Positions 1 through 15,600 of a stretch of 64,000 nucleotides of DNA are shown here, one piece after another. Position numbers and translations under genes: made by a program. The notes under the pieces are model-generated. The model had not been told where the DNA came from, did not search any database, and saw nothing but the letters and a program-made list of their open reading frames with translations. This DNA is from Marsupella aquatica (Eukaryota; Plantae; Marchantiophyta), in assembly GCA_973895155.1 (NCBI GenBank), contig OZ316895.1, forward strand, positions 11,973,929 to 12,037,928. Direction: 5' to 3'. Each line of letters starts with the position of its first letter. Positions within the stretch are counted from its first letter, which is position 1.

Positions 1-47
1 CGGGGTAACATATGTTCATAAAGCTTTATTGTGGATTTGTTATGCAG

Positions 48-628
48 TCAAAGGTGTTTGCCGTGGTCTTTGCTGTGCTATCAGCTGGGGCCATTGTATT
101 GACCCTCAATGTTCAGCTCTTGGTAAGAAGTAGACTCACCTCCTTTGGTTTTATCAACTTAAAGATGCTGTGTCACTGGTGCAGTTTTGTCTGCCCTTCT
201 GGTGGTATATGAAACTACGGAAGGTCAAGAATGAAAAATTTTAGACAGCAGAGGTGTTGTATGGACGAGAACCCATTCAGCATGATCATTTTGTGAGATA
301 TCTTGTGGGATACCTTTGTAATCTATCGCAATGACGGGTAGTCTGATATTGCAAGTCATGTTTGCAGGGTGGTTCAATCATATTTTTTCAAAGCCTGAGC
401 TTGTTGGGCTATTGTCTGTTTCCACTGGACATCGGAGCGGTGGTGTGTTTACTCAAAGATTCAAAGTGGTTCCGAAGTGTGGTAGTTCTGGTGACATTGA
501 TCTGGAGTTCATGGTCAGCCTACCCTTTTGTGAGCACGGCTGTCCCTGGCAGTCGGAAGGCTTTGGCTGTGTATCCAGTGCTACTTCTTTACATCTCCAT
601 TGGCTTTCTGGTGCTAGCAAACAATTAA
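48..628 (+). CDS. YIP1-family Golgi/TGN membrane protein (YIP4/YIPF6-like), last two coding exons; the 5' part lies outside the window
   Basis: Exon 48-122 (after tgcag, before GTAAG) reads [25 protein letters not shown]. Exon 368-628 (after tttgcag) reads [23 protein letters not shown]...[36 protein letters not shown]. The [11 protein letters not shown] and KALAxYP motifs are typical of YIP4/YIPF6. Confidence 0.9.
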
Positions 629-3600
629 TTGCAGCTTACCTATGCGGGCCTACAGTTTCCGCTTAGTAGCTCTATTTGATGGGATTTAGTGGCCACTTAT
701 CGTCAAAAGGCCGTGACAGACTACACAAGTGTTAGTGGCTAAGCCTGCGCTTTCATTAGGGTATTTGAAGTTGTGGGAGGTAGCCGAGACACTAGCTGAT
801 GGTCCTGATGCAATGGCTCCATTCATAGTTCTGTGTTTTATGACCTGAGATTACATGCAGCACAGGGCATCGTCTCATCCAGAATTCACCATAAGCTCAT
901 TTGCATTTTGGTATACGATTTTGTACCCGAGGTGCTCTTAAACTGGCTAAGACCCTTCTCACTGGATGAAGCCCTAATTTCCTAGTACCACTTCTTTTCG
1001 CCAGCACAGTGAGGTACCTTTGATGTCGCCCTCTAGCCTCCGTTCCATCTGATCATGTCCAAACTATGAATAAATAGGGTGAGTGCAAAGGCGGATTGTC
1101 TTCTCTCTGATGTGCTGAGCCGATGCAATGGAATATAATCTAAGAAGAGGACGTCCTTTGCTCAAGTGGCACTTCAACAGCCTGAGTAAAGCAAAAACCT
1201 ATGTATGTTTCTATGGTGTGTCATCTCAAAGGGTTAACAGAATATCTGTCCTGTAATTTGGATCCACAGCCTTTAGTCCTAGGATATCTGGCAACGACAT
1301 TCGTGAATACGCTCAAAAGTTCGACCAGTAGAGCAACGAATGTTGGCCCGTCCAAGGGAGTGCCTCATCCTTTACCTCTTGTAGGGGTTCGTATTGGTGC
1401 CATGAGCTGCTTGTGATGTATATGGCATCAAATGCATAGGTGGTTGATGTTGTGCTACGACCGTGGATGTAAACTAAGGCCATGTCCCTGGGAGGAAGTC
1501 GACAGAGAACAACCATGGATTAGATGAAAGTGACAACGCCATTAATTTCGTTGATTATGCAGATCTGCTGTGAGAGGGTTGGATATAATCATCCAGTTCT
1601 TTGCCCTGGTTTGAGAATTAAGATGTGGACGCTTGCCCTAGAGTATCACTAGTAAGTAAAAGGTTGTGATTTCTCGTATTTTTTTTTGTTCAATTTAGAA
1701 ATACCACTAAAGGCTTGAGCTGTCTCGAGTCTGTTTATAGCGGCCATCCTGTTGCAGGGTAAATTCAATGTTAGCCCCGTTGGTATGATCTGAAGATAAG
1801 ACTGCTAAGCTGCACCTTATGGAGGAGGCGGATTTCCCATAGCCAACATCCAACTACTGTAAAACAAGCGTTGCCGTTGGCCTGGGTACATTTGTCTGTG
1901 AAGAACCCAGAGTCAACGGGGTAGTCCTTGATCCCTGCTGGTAATCACACATCAAAATGTGGCTGCATTCATTGATTGAAAGGAAAAAACTAGGATTATC
2001 ACTGTATGCAGGGGTGTTGTACATCGTATATGTCATATTTTGATGTGCAATTACCGAGAGTCCTTGATGTGGGGGATTCAAGTAAATATTATGAAGCACT
2101 TCACTTCCAGACCATTCCGGCTGCACGAATGGAACTTGTAAACAGGAGTATGTAATACTTAAGCACCGAGGAGAAAAGTGCGGGCCTGTCATCGGGGTTC
2201 TGGGATAAAAACTCGAACAGTCATGATTTACATCTTACGAGCAGAGCAGACGTGAAGCGTCCTGGTGAGGTACAAGTTTTACATTATGAGAATGTATGTG
2301 AATTATGGTTTGTACTCATAACTTAACGCTTTGTCTCATTCGCTGCAATGCTGAGACTTGTGATCTTTTCATTCTCTTCGCGCTTCTAATCGATCATCTT
2401 GTCCTACGGGCTAGAATTCGAAGTGAACATTTTTCACAGACAACTGCCCATCAGCTTGTGTGAATGGATAGGCAAGAATTATTGAGCAGTTCATCCTCTA
2501 GTGGATGGACCACAGACGGTATTTGGAAGGAACGACCAAAAGTTGCAACTTTGGGTCTCAGGTTCGTACGCTTAGTTTGATGGTCGCACATAAGAGCTTG
2601 GATGGAAGCTGGTCACATTCTCTACGACATTCCTTGTTCTGGCACTCATATGAAATTGACGTCCATATTGCACAATTTTTCTTATTGTGTAAAAGTTAGA
2701 TGAATGTCTTCATGGTTTTCACGACTAGGAGCCAACAAGTAGTTTTGACACGATTCCAATCTAGAGATTCTTTGATGACCTACCTGAAGAGGCGAATTTT
2801 ACGGCCGTGTCTTTCCCCTTGGTGGCATGTTGAATAAGGAATTTGAGTACTTTTCAATTCTCCCCTCCCATATAGGGTAACCCTTCTCTTGGGGCCACTC
2901 GATTCAATGGATAACACCCCTAGCTCTCCCTAAACATTCCGCCCATCACGTTAAACGATTGACGAGCCTGTATAATCAAGATCAATGACGAGCCTCTACA
3001 ATCAAGCTGGTTTCCTGTCCTGCCCCACAGACGACGGCACAGGCTGCTGAAAAGCATCAGCACCTGAAGTTTTTCTCAGAAGAAATCAGTTTTTTAAGTT
3101 TATTGAACTTCCTGAAGCAGACAGTGGGGAAGGACATAATCTGGAGGTTCTGAATTCGAACAAGAAGCTACCACCCTGCTTCACATAGCCTCATCTACAT
3201 AGGAGACGTAAGTGTGATAAATCTGCAATTATCTACAAATACCCAAGTAAATCTTCCAGAGGAACTCTATAGCCTACCAATTTATAATGTTGAGTCCCAA
3301 TTGAGCTACCAGCTAACTGACTGCACTGAGCTCTGCAAATGTATCTCCAGACCTTTGATGATCTACTCACGAGAGGTAGATAACTTTTCCGAGTTCAGAC
3401 CCCTCTACTGAGACTGTTGTACTAACTTCAGCCAATGGACGCATAACAAGTGCCCCCTAGCCGAACAAACAGATCCCGAATGATACTTGAAGTGCTCATC
3501 AGCCCGTCGTATCAAATCTTGGATTTAGGATTTGAGCCTGGGTTCAAAGCGGACAGTCTACTCTACTGCCAGCCAACTAGGTTGAGTACAGTACAAGGCT

Positions 3601-3658
3601 TTTGAGGGCAAACCGAACTTGTCCTGCAATTGCCATAGTTCACTGGGAGCTTCTTTCA

Positions 3659-6467
<2,809 letters not shown>

Positions 6468-9400
6468 CGCGCGCGCTCGTTGAGCGACAGGTCAAGATGT
6501 CACTGACAATTTGTGCAATTACACACTTGATCGTACTTCCCGCTACCACTCTTGGATCTGCTGCCCTTGGCTAGCCAGAACCTCAATAGCTGTAAGGGCA
6601 GGCCGGAGCCAGGTACCTGTGAGAGAGCTGCAATGATTCTCAATGCTATCTGCCCCTGCTCCTGATCGAATGGAAACTAAGTCAGAAGAAAGACTTGAAG
6701 ACACGATATGAGTCAGATCGACAGCTGCAGCAGCAGAAGCAACAGCAGCTATGTGTAAGGAGATGCGGGAGGAGATGTCACCCCATTGAGCTCGTCCTCA
6801 GACTGTGGCACTCGTGGACTTGAAATAACTGCCAGGTACGGGGCGATTTATCCTTCTGTCCGTGGGCAGGAGTGTAGTCTGTAGAGTTCCCATTCCGAGT
6901 TCGTACCTGGTAAAAGTGATCGAGCACTGTTCATTTCGCCTCCTCAACATTATTTTGTGAAAAAGTAATTTTCCGCCAGAAATTATGTGCTTCAATAAAG
7001 TTTGAATCGAAATTTGCCCCAATAACTACCTTTTGGGGGAGTTTGCCACACCATTGATCCGTTTACAATGCTGTAGTGCTACCAGTCACACACAATTCAG
7101 ATAACATGTTATAAAAACTACTGCAATCGTAGATTGCTGTGATGATTTCGACCAAAAGTTTTACAGCCTGCCAAACTCCTGTCATATTGGCGTGCCAACA
7201 TTTATGGCGTTGAGGTAAATTCCTGTATACTACTTCCTGTTGATCTTCCTCCGTTCTCTCTGACGTTGTTGCATGCGGTTGACCACCATCACTGTCTATT
7301 GTAGACCGAGCTGTATACCCCTCCAAGCGTTAGATGCTACAATTGCTGTACTAGCACGCACTAAGGTCAGAGTAACTATATATTACCAATATTGTGATAT
7401 GGTCTGTTCCTTCGAGATTTTGAAGTACACAGGTGAGAAGCTGAGCTCTAGCTTGCTGCAGCAGCTAGGCAGGAGACAGTAAGTTGGGAAGCAGGCTCTT
7501 GGACAATAAGTTGAACTTTAGCAACTTACTCAAAAGTTTCACAATTGGGCTGCTGCCACATGCCGCCCGCCAAAACGCTCTGTTCTCAGCCCACAAGTCC
7601 AATACGAGGATTGATCATCCGCCTAATTAACAGTAGTATTTCTTTTTGAGATCTGAGCATTCATGTCTCTCCGACACTGTCAGCTTGTGACGCAGTAACT
7701 TTTAGTCAAGCAGTGATCTTCACTATCGAGACACAGGATTCTAGACATAGAAGTCATACTCTGAGGAGTCGACTTATCTTGTCAGCTACGAGATCAGTTG
7801 AACGAGAACTTAGTTTGCTGAGGTGTTCCTACCAATAAGTTTTGATCCAGTGAGCGGCTTAACTGGCATGGATCGCGCGACCAGGTCTGACTAGCATTGA
7901 TCTGATTGACTTCCACTATTGGCAATTTGATAACATGAACTTCGAGCATGCTTGTGATAGAATGATTGAAACAATCATGCTCCTGGAATTTACTCTTCCA
8001 ACTTCGCCCTTGAGACAAAATGTGCCCCATGAAAACTGTAGCCAGGCAAAAAGTTACTCCATGATAATTATAATTATGCACGACTGCCTAGAAATCCTGC
8101 CCCCCAAAGCTTATTTGCACTGTCAAATACAAGTGAACTTATTTAGACTGACCATGATCGAGGCAACCTCTCCAGTTTTTAAATTTCAACGTAGGTCACA
8201 ACTTCTTACTCTGAATTACGAAATGCAATAATATTGCTTGTAACGTGGTTCACTACACAGTCTTCAACAAATATTTATGACATGTAGTTATATAATGGCA
8301 ATCAGTCTGTTCTGCCCGAGTGAATAAATCCTAGGATACAGCATGATTGTGTTTTTGCTAAAATATTGAAGTCTCACGGATTTGAATATGATTATCTAGT
8401 TAAATTGCCCTAATGGCGAAAGAATTTACATTTGTATGGTGAAGGAATTGACATTTTCTGGTAGCTCAGGCTTTCCAATTGAGTTATTCTGGTATGAAAT
8501 GGTGTACTCGTGGCTCGACTCGTGGGCGCAGCGCAATAGGCAGCAGACTATTGCGAAAACCGTACGTTTACTGAACATTTAAGTCTAGAGAAACTTTTCA
8601 CCGGCTATGTCAGATCAACCAGTCGTTCATCGCCGATCCGTCCATGATTTACGTCAACTCACAAGTGAGCCAACTTTTCGAGAGCCTACATCAGCCTGTT
8701 CCAGCCATAGTCGCCACAGTGTAGCAATTATCCCGGGCTGTCCAAAAGCTGGCATTCAGAATCGATGTTGCAAGACCCATTCCCCTGATCAGCTTTATCG
8801 ATCACCGCTCTAGCTCGAAAGCAAGCCCGCATTTAATGCTCGCACCTCGTTTGAACGGCCGCGCCATGCAACAAGCTAATCACTCAGGCAGTTCCATCGA
8901 TCCCTCGATTCAAAGGCGCGGCCGCCCCCTTCACTGATCGAGCTCGTTCGTCTCGATCTCCGTACGGTACTTGCACCCACTTGCATCGATCGAATTGACC
9001 TCGATTGATCGCAGTTTTGACGATCGATGCTCGATTCCAGAAACGATGGTGAGGGAAAATACTTGGAACCCCCTTTAATTTTAAGACTGAATTGGTGCGT
9101 GCACGTTGGCACTGTTGCAACCCACGTCGTGGAGACCGATCGATCGAGTGGCTTTCCATTTCGTTGGACTGTACGACACTACAAACTCGATGATCGCGGG
9201 ATGGACCTTACAAGGGCTGGCTCTGGGAAGAATCTTCCTCACAAATTAAAGAACGGGAAAGCTTAATTGGATACCTCTCTTAAATGCAGCAGCACATGCC
9301 TGTGAAAGCCAGCGGGTGCCTGCCATGACTCTGACTTTATTGAGCCTGCAAAGCTGAAGAAGGGAGAGATCGAGGACGAACCTTGTCGCATATAGATCGA

Positions 9401-12400
9401 CTACTCGAATCAACCTGGCTGAAGTTGGTTATGTACACTAACTTTCAGGACAGGGTTATCGGGGCGCGCTGAACGTTAGCCTACTCATTCACTCCAGACT
9501 GTGAATCTGTCATGCATTCATTCCTCTGTCAAACTGTCATGGATGGTTGAATCAAGTAAACTTGCCTCAGGACATTCATGTTCCGCTTGAAGACTTAGTA
9601 CCACAGTCGAGAGGTGTACCACTAGATCATCACACGTACTATTGCAATGATCAATTTTATTTTATGTCTTAATTGTCTTGTGTCTAGTTTTTGGGGTTTG
9701 CATTTGCCTTTTTCTTTGAGTTTGTTTGTCTTTTACTCCATTGTACTTCGTTTGGCTCAATCGGTTCAGATTGACCTGGAGAAGTCTCAAAAATCTGGAC
9801 CGATTGACCAATTCCCGTATTTCGTCAACTGAGTCCACACTCATTTGGATCCACTATATCTATTGAATCTACCTTTCAAACAGGTATATCTATTGAGTCA
9901 ACCCTCCCTGAAGGAATCTTCCACTCTTGCATATTTCTTTAATTAAAATGAATGGTTCTGCATTTTGCAATGGAAGCTAGTAAGTTGTCCCCACTGTATA
10001 AATATACATATGTCCGTACCCGACTTTGCATAAGAATCAAGGCAGTCAGTTTTTTAACAGGTAATGTATGCCTCGTTCAATTACCATTGTAAAAGTTAGC
10101 CCCTACCACACTTTTTGCACTTTTTGGTTTTTGGAAGGCAAATCAAACGTCAACTGTGAACTTTCTTCGATTTTGTTTCCCTTCTGAAGTGTCGAAATTT
10201 TCCCACCATCAAATCTACATCAGTTTTTGGACAAAACGCTCATGGCCGGCCAATCAAGTCGCTTCCCATAGCTGTCCTCCACCTACATACTCTCCAATAG
10301 TTTTCGACATCGTCCCATTGCCGAGCCCATTGCGGTAGATCAGAGAACAACCTCGGCCCAAGAAATAATGCGAATTGCAGAAAATAATGCATGTGAACTG
10401 CCTCTGTGATTTTGAAACAACGATTGGACAATTTGCATGAAATTGATTGTCAGGAACAATCAAATCAATTATTGATGAAGAAAAATGGATCCCAGCGCGA
10501 AGTCCTTCCCTGTCACGAGGATTTTGCTCGTTTTTCCAATATGAGTTTCTACAGAACTGTAAAAGATTGAATAAATCAAAAGTACAAAGGCTAGCCCACA
10601 ACAGGGACAGAAGAGGGGGACATGTGTGAAATTGTGCTGCGTAAGGGCATTTATGTGCACAAAAAAGCTATGACAGGGTGGTAGAAAAGCTGGTCAACCT
10701 GTATGTCCTATCCGTCAAATCACTTTCTTCCAAAAAGACTTGGCTAAGTTTATGACTATTCAATGTGTCTCTATGTTGAAGTGGTATCTAGTTATTCAGA
10801 TGTGTCTGTTTCGAGTTACTCCACCGATTGTCAAGTTGCATCAATCAACTGTTCCCCTCCTGGGCTTAACGACAGCTACTTCAACCTTCTTTTTTGCTTT
10901 CACTTTCCACTTTATGGACGGGTCCTTCAGTCTATGTAGTGTATGCAGGCCTTAGCCCCATCCCACCCCAAGAACGTTTAGTCTTTCACCCACCAATCGG
11001 GGACGCCCGTAATACTTTGAGTTGAAGGAACCAGCTTTCAATACTGTAGTCATGCAGTTCAACGAGGTAATGAGCTAAACCGATACGTAAAGTCTTTCTT
11101 CATGTCCCATTGCCATTGATCTCACCTTGTGAATGTGTAGAAAGGTTTTACTCTTGTATCCAAGCCGAATTCTATGCTATCAGTAGTCCTTTCAATCTTT
11201 TCGCAAACCCTTTACGAAAACGAATTCTTTGAAGGCAATCAGTGCACGTCTGGTTCAGGTCACAAGGACATCGAGATGACCGTCTATTTTTGACGTAATT
11301 GTCATCGTAACCAAAGGCTCAGATGCATGTCTTTTTTCCAGATTTCTGAATCTCTTTCTGATTTCCAGATTTCTGCTTTCTTGGGGGTCTCGGAGAGGTT
11401 ACCCAAGACCGGCCAGAATTCTCCAACCCAACTTTTAATCTTTGCGCTTTCAAAAACAAGCATTCGATATTGAGAGATACCTCAAACTTTCATCAGTTGA
11501 CTCTCGTCGCTAGGTGGCAAAGGAAACGTACCTCAACAGGGGAGCACCGTCTTCGCACAGTGTGCTTTAACGGACATGCAAATATAGTTAATGATAAGAG
11601 GATGGTAAATTAGATTGATTTTGACACTCCCAACTCATTGACGGTATTCCTGAAACGTTTCTTAACAATCGGCAAATTTTTGAAACGGGGTGACGTTTGG
11701 AGTTTCTAACTGATCGATTTATTATCACAACACCGACTTTGGCTTTAAAACTGAGTATAACCAAACACATTGAGCGGGTCTATTTGCAATCCAAACTCTG
11801 GATACGGAAGAGATTCTAGTAGCTGTGAAAGTGGACTCATCCTTCCAGACGGACTTATTGACCCGAACCAAAAAGAAACTCCGTACCAAAGAATTGCTGG
11901 TCCACAGCGCTAACTGAGCATAATACAATCACTCTATGAAAGGTGTTCCGTATCGATTGCTGGAATATCTCTATCATGCATCATGAGTCCAACAGAAACT
12001 CTTGGACTTAAAATTAGTGAGTTCAATCCCATTCGATCAGCTTTAACGTTTAGAACTCGTTCGTTGTGATGCATTGTCGAGGGCCAGCAACCAAACTAAT
12101 ATGCTCTGGAGGTCTCCAAACTGCGGAAGGATTGGCTGTTCCTTTATAGGCTGTCGTAATGTGGCTAAGACTCAGATGAGAGCATCAGTCCAAAAACAGT
12201 AAGCAATCCATCTGGTTTGTACAAAATAAGAACGGTTTTAATTTACAGGAACACAACAAAATTTCCGTCCTCATCTGCGAGGATTTCACATATGTGAATG
12301 ACAAAACCATAAGCGTCTAAAATATATCACAATGTTCATTTACGTTTTTTTCATTCTCAACTCGGATCCTGCTACTGAATAGAATAGTGACAGGACCCCA

Positions 12401-12500
12401 GATAGACGAGGAAATCATAGCCCATCGACGTAACTGGTCATCTCACTCAGCCCATCCTGAAAAGTGTCTCCCCTCGACCCCCACCGTGTACTGCCATGGC

Positions 12501-12556
12501 ATGATCGCTGACTAACGGAATGATCGCTGACTAATGAAATGATCGCTGACCAATGA
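12501..12556. repeat. Short tandem repeat, ~19-bp unit x3, downstream of the allantoinase stop
   Basis: ATGATCGCTGAC(T/C)AA repeated three times. Confidence 0.8.
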
Positions 12557-12632
12557 GAAGATGGGCCAATACCAACTCCAGTGAGGACGAAAGATCTGAA
12601 ACGGGGTTAATGTATAGTTACATATCCAAGAC

Positions 12633-15600
12633 TCATGGAAGGCCCGAGGAAGCAAGAACTTGCCTACCACAGGCTATTTCTGCATGATTTCCTTCCTTGA
12701 AGACCTGCTGCCCTCTCACAAATGTAGAAATTACCGCCCCAGATAGTGTCCGTCCGGAGTAGGGAGTTAGCTGCGGTCCAATACAATGGAAAGTTAGCAC
12801 GAATATCTCCACTTGACAATATTGAGCTTAAAGACGAAGTATTTCAAAGGGTAACTAACGGTTTCAGCGGGTAAGAAAATGGGATAATTAGCAATTCTAT
12901 CCTCTGCTCAGCCATGGATAAGTCACCCATGAAGTTTATATCCATAACAAGGTCGTTTCAGGTAGAGTGATCTTGCCTTATGCTTGTGGTGATTAGTGTG
13001 GTCATCATCTAAGGTGAAGGATGATTCAGGATCCCACACTACAAAGTCTGCATCCTTGCCAAACTGAATAGAACCCTACACGGGGAAACAGAGTCACGTG
13101 AATGAAGATCCTAAATGCGAATTCGGAAACAAAGAGACAACACGGTGGGAATTATGGGACTTGCCAACACTAGAGTCATTACCTTTCTCTCTAAGTTGGC
13201 AACTTTTGCAGGAAATGTACTCCACCAATTCGAGATTTGTCCCAGAGTAATACCGTAAGGTTTTCCCGCTGTCCAAGTCACCGGTAGAACAAACTGCATA
13301 CAAGACCAGGGCCCGACTAAGTTTAGGGTTTAGGGTTTGGGTTTAGAGCGCACGTTAATACTGATAGAGCCCGGCTAGTTTTAGAAACACTGCTGCAAAC
13401 TCAACTTCATACATTCCCGTAAGGATTCAACCCCAGCTTCGATGAACTGCTTTTCATGCATAAACGTATCCTGTAAGTGCATTTCTATCTTTATAAACTG
13501 CATGCTTTCAATACACTTCTGGATGACCTACACGACCATATCCTGGCCCTGTAATTCAACAGATCGTTGTGAAAGGAAGATCTCATCAGGTGGCCTACTC
13601 ATCATTAAAACAGTTCAAATAAAGATCCATGCGACGGTGCGTGAAGTAGCCTAGGACAAACCAAACCAAGTCCCTATCCAGGTCTTTTGCTGGTCACCAT
13701 CCTTTAAGAAAATGCGATCCACGGGACTGACCTGAAGACCTGAGATGCCTCCCCACGCACTCAGAAAGTCTCCACTTTCGAGGCCCTTCATCTTGGGTGG
13801 GGAAGGAGAGTGATCCGAACTAATCATGTCAATGGAACCCTCCTGCATCGGAAATCAAAACATACAAATCATGTCCTTAAATACAAGGTTACACTTATCA
13901 TCCCTGGAAAAAAGGAGAGAAGTCAATTTAGAAAGATTATGAGAAGTACATGTACACTCAGGTCAGTTCTCAGATAATTTCAGGGGGTGCCTAGACCTCT
14001 GGACAAGGTGGACTCGGGTGTGCATGTGAGACTGACCTTAAGTGCCTCCCAGAGTTTCTCCCGATTAGCAGCGTCTCTCAATGGGGGGTTACACTTGAAT
14101 CTCGTATCACCATCTTTGACCTCCTCAGCCGTTACAGCAAGGTAGTGCGGGCAAGTTTCAACACTGAAGGAGTAACCTTCCCGCTTGGCCTCCTACACAA
14201 CACGCAGCAACTTCTGCGTTGGCTACTAACTTCTGCGTTGGCTACTTTTTTGTCTACTTGTTGACATTCTTACCATATCAACTCAACAATCGTCATCCTC
14301 TCTGCTTGCGGAGACAAAATTTCCAACCTTTGATCAAGACCCTGATTCTTTACAAGACCATTATTCTTTTAATAGGAGCTTGATTGAAGATCAAGAAAGC
14401 ACCTTAACAAGACCGAGAGTCCGCCCAGCATCAGAAAGATGGACTAAATGAATATGTGCTCCTTCAGCAGGTCCTCCCGGAGCTGTATCTTCAGCAACTT
14501 CCACAAGCTGACGAACTGCTTCTATCTCCCTTCAAATCACAGGATGCAACCTCTCAGAACCTTAAAGTAGCCTGGTTACAAGTACTGTAACCAAATCAAA
14601 GACATCCATTTGCTAGAAATTGACAGGAGAGTAATAAGAAATTGATCGATTCTACAGCAAGTTTGAAACATTGGTGCCTTTATTGCCTGACTGATAGTCA
14701 CAACAAGCCCATAGTCAAAACAAGATTTTCGGTCTCATAGTTACCATGATGGAGGCCTCGTACGAAGGTATGTCGAATACTGTCTTCGTGCATCATGAGG
14801 CAAATCATCTATTCCATCGTCAAGAGGTAGTTGAACTTCCCCGTGCACAAGAATGGGGCGGCCATACTTTGCTAGGACTGGCAACGCCGCCTATAAAAGG
14901 AAGCAAAAGTTCTCAATGGAAGAGACGATTGGCATGCAGGGATTTGCTACTTGAGTCATCCAAAGCGTTTAATGAGCACATTTAATTCCCGACTGCCTTC
15001 CGTACAGTAGTCTGGATCCATGAAGTTCTAGCTTATAAGGAAAAACCCGCTTGCAGGTATGCCCCGTCACATTCCTGGTTATCCAAATGCTTTCGCAGAC
15101 TGGAATGCCTTCAGAGTCAAGGCTCATACAACAGTCAGCTTCGACTCTATCAGCTCAAAAGACAACGCATTGAGTAGGAACACTGACGAACTCCATCTTT
15201 GGAGTCTCAGATGCACAAGATTGTTTTTATTTCCCTAACTACAAAATTTCGACCAAATGCCTGTAACCTGCTTACCTTAATATCTCGTGCCGTTGTCATT
15301 GGGAAATCATCGATCCCTGATGGACACATGAACGACTTAGCAAACTTGGAGTCAGTTTCCCATCAGAAATAGCAGTAACTGAAAGTGGGACCTTGCCTTT
15401 TTGCTGAGGGTTCGAACAGCTGAACTTTCACTACAATGGAGCTGCACTTGAGAGACAGTCACAATGCTGAAAAACATTCAATGGTGGGCTGCGGGAAACA
15501 AAGACGTGCTTGTATGATGTAATGCTTCAGAGCTATTACCTTCAAGCCAAGTGCACCAGCACCAAGAAGCTCATCTAGTACTGTCTCATTTTCAGCATTC

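Noticed and set aside
8890-9200. CGATCG motifs as cyanobacterial HIP1 sites (contamination or HGT)
   Set aside because: The full GCGATCGC octamer is not seen here and there are no prokaryote-like genes nearby.
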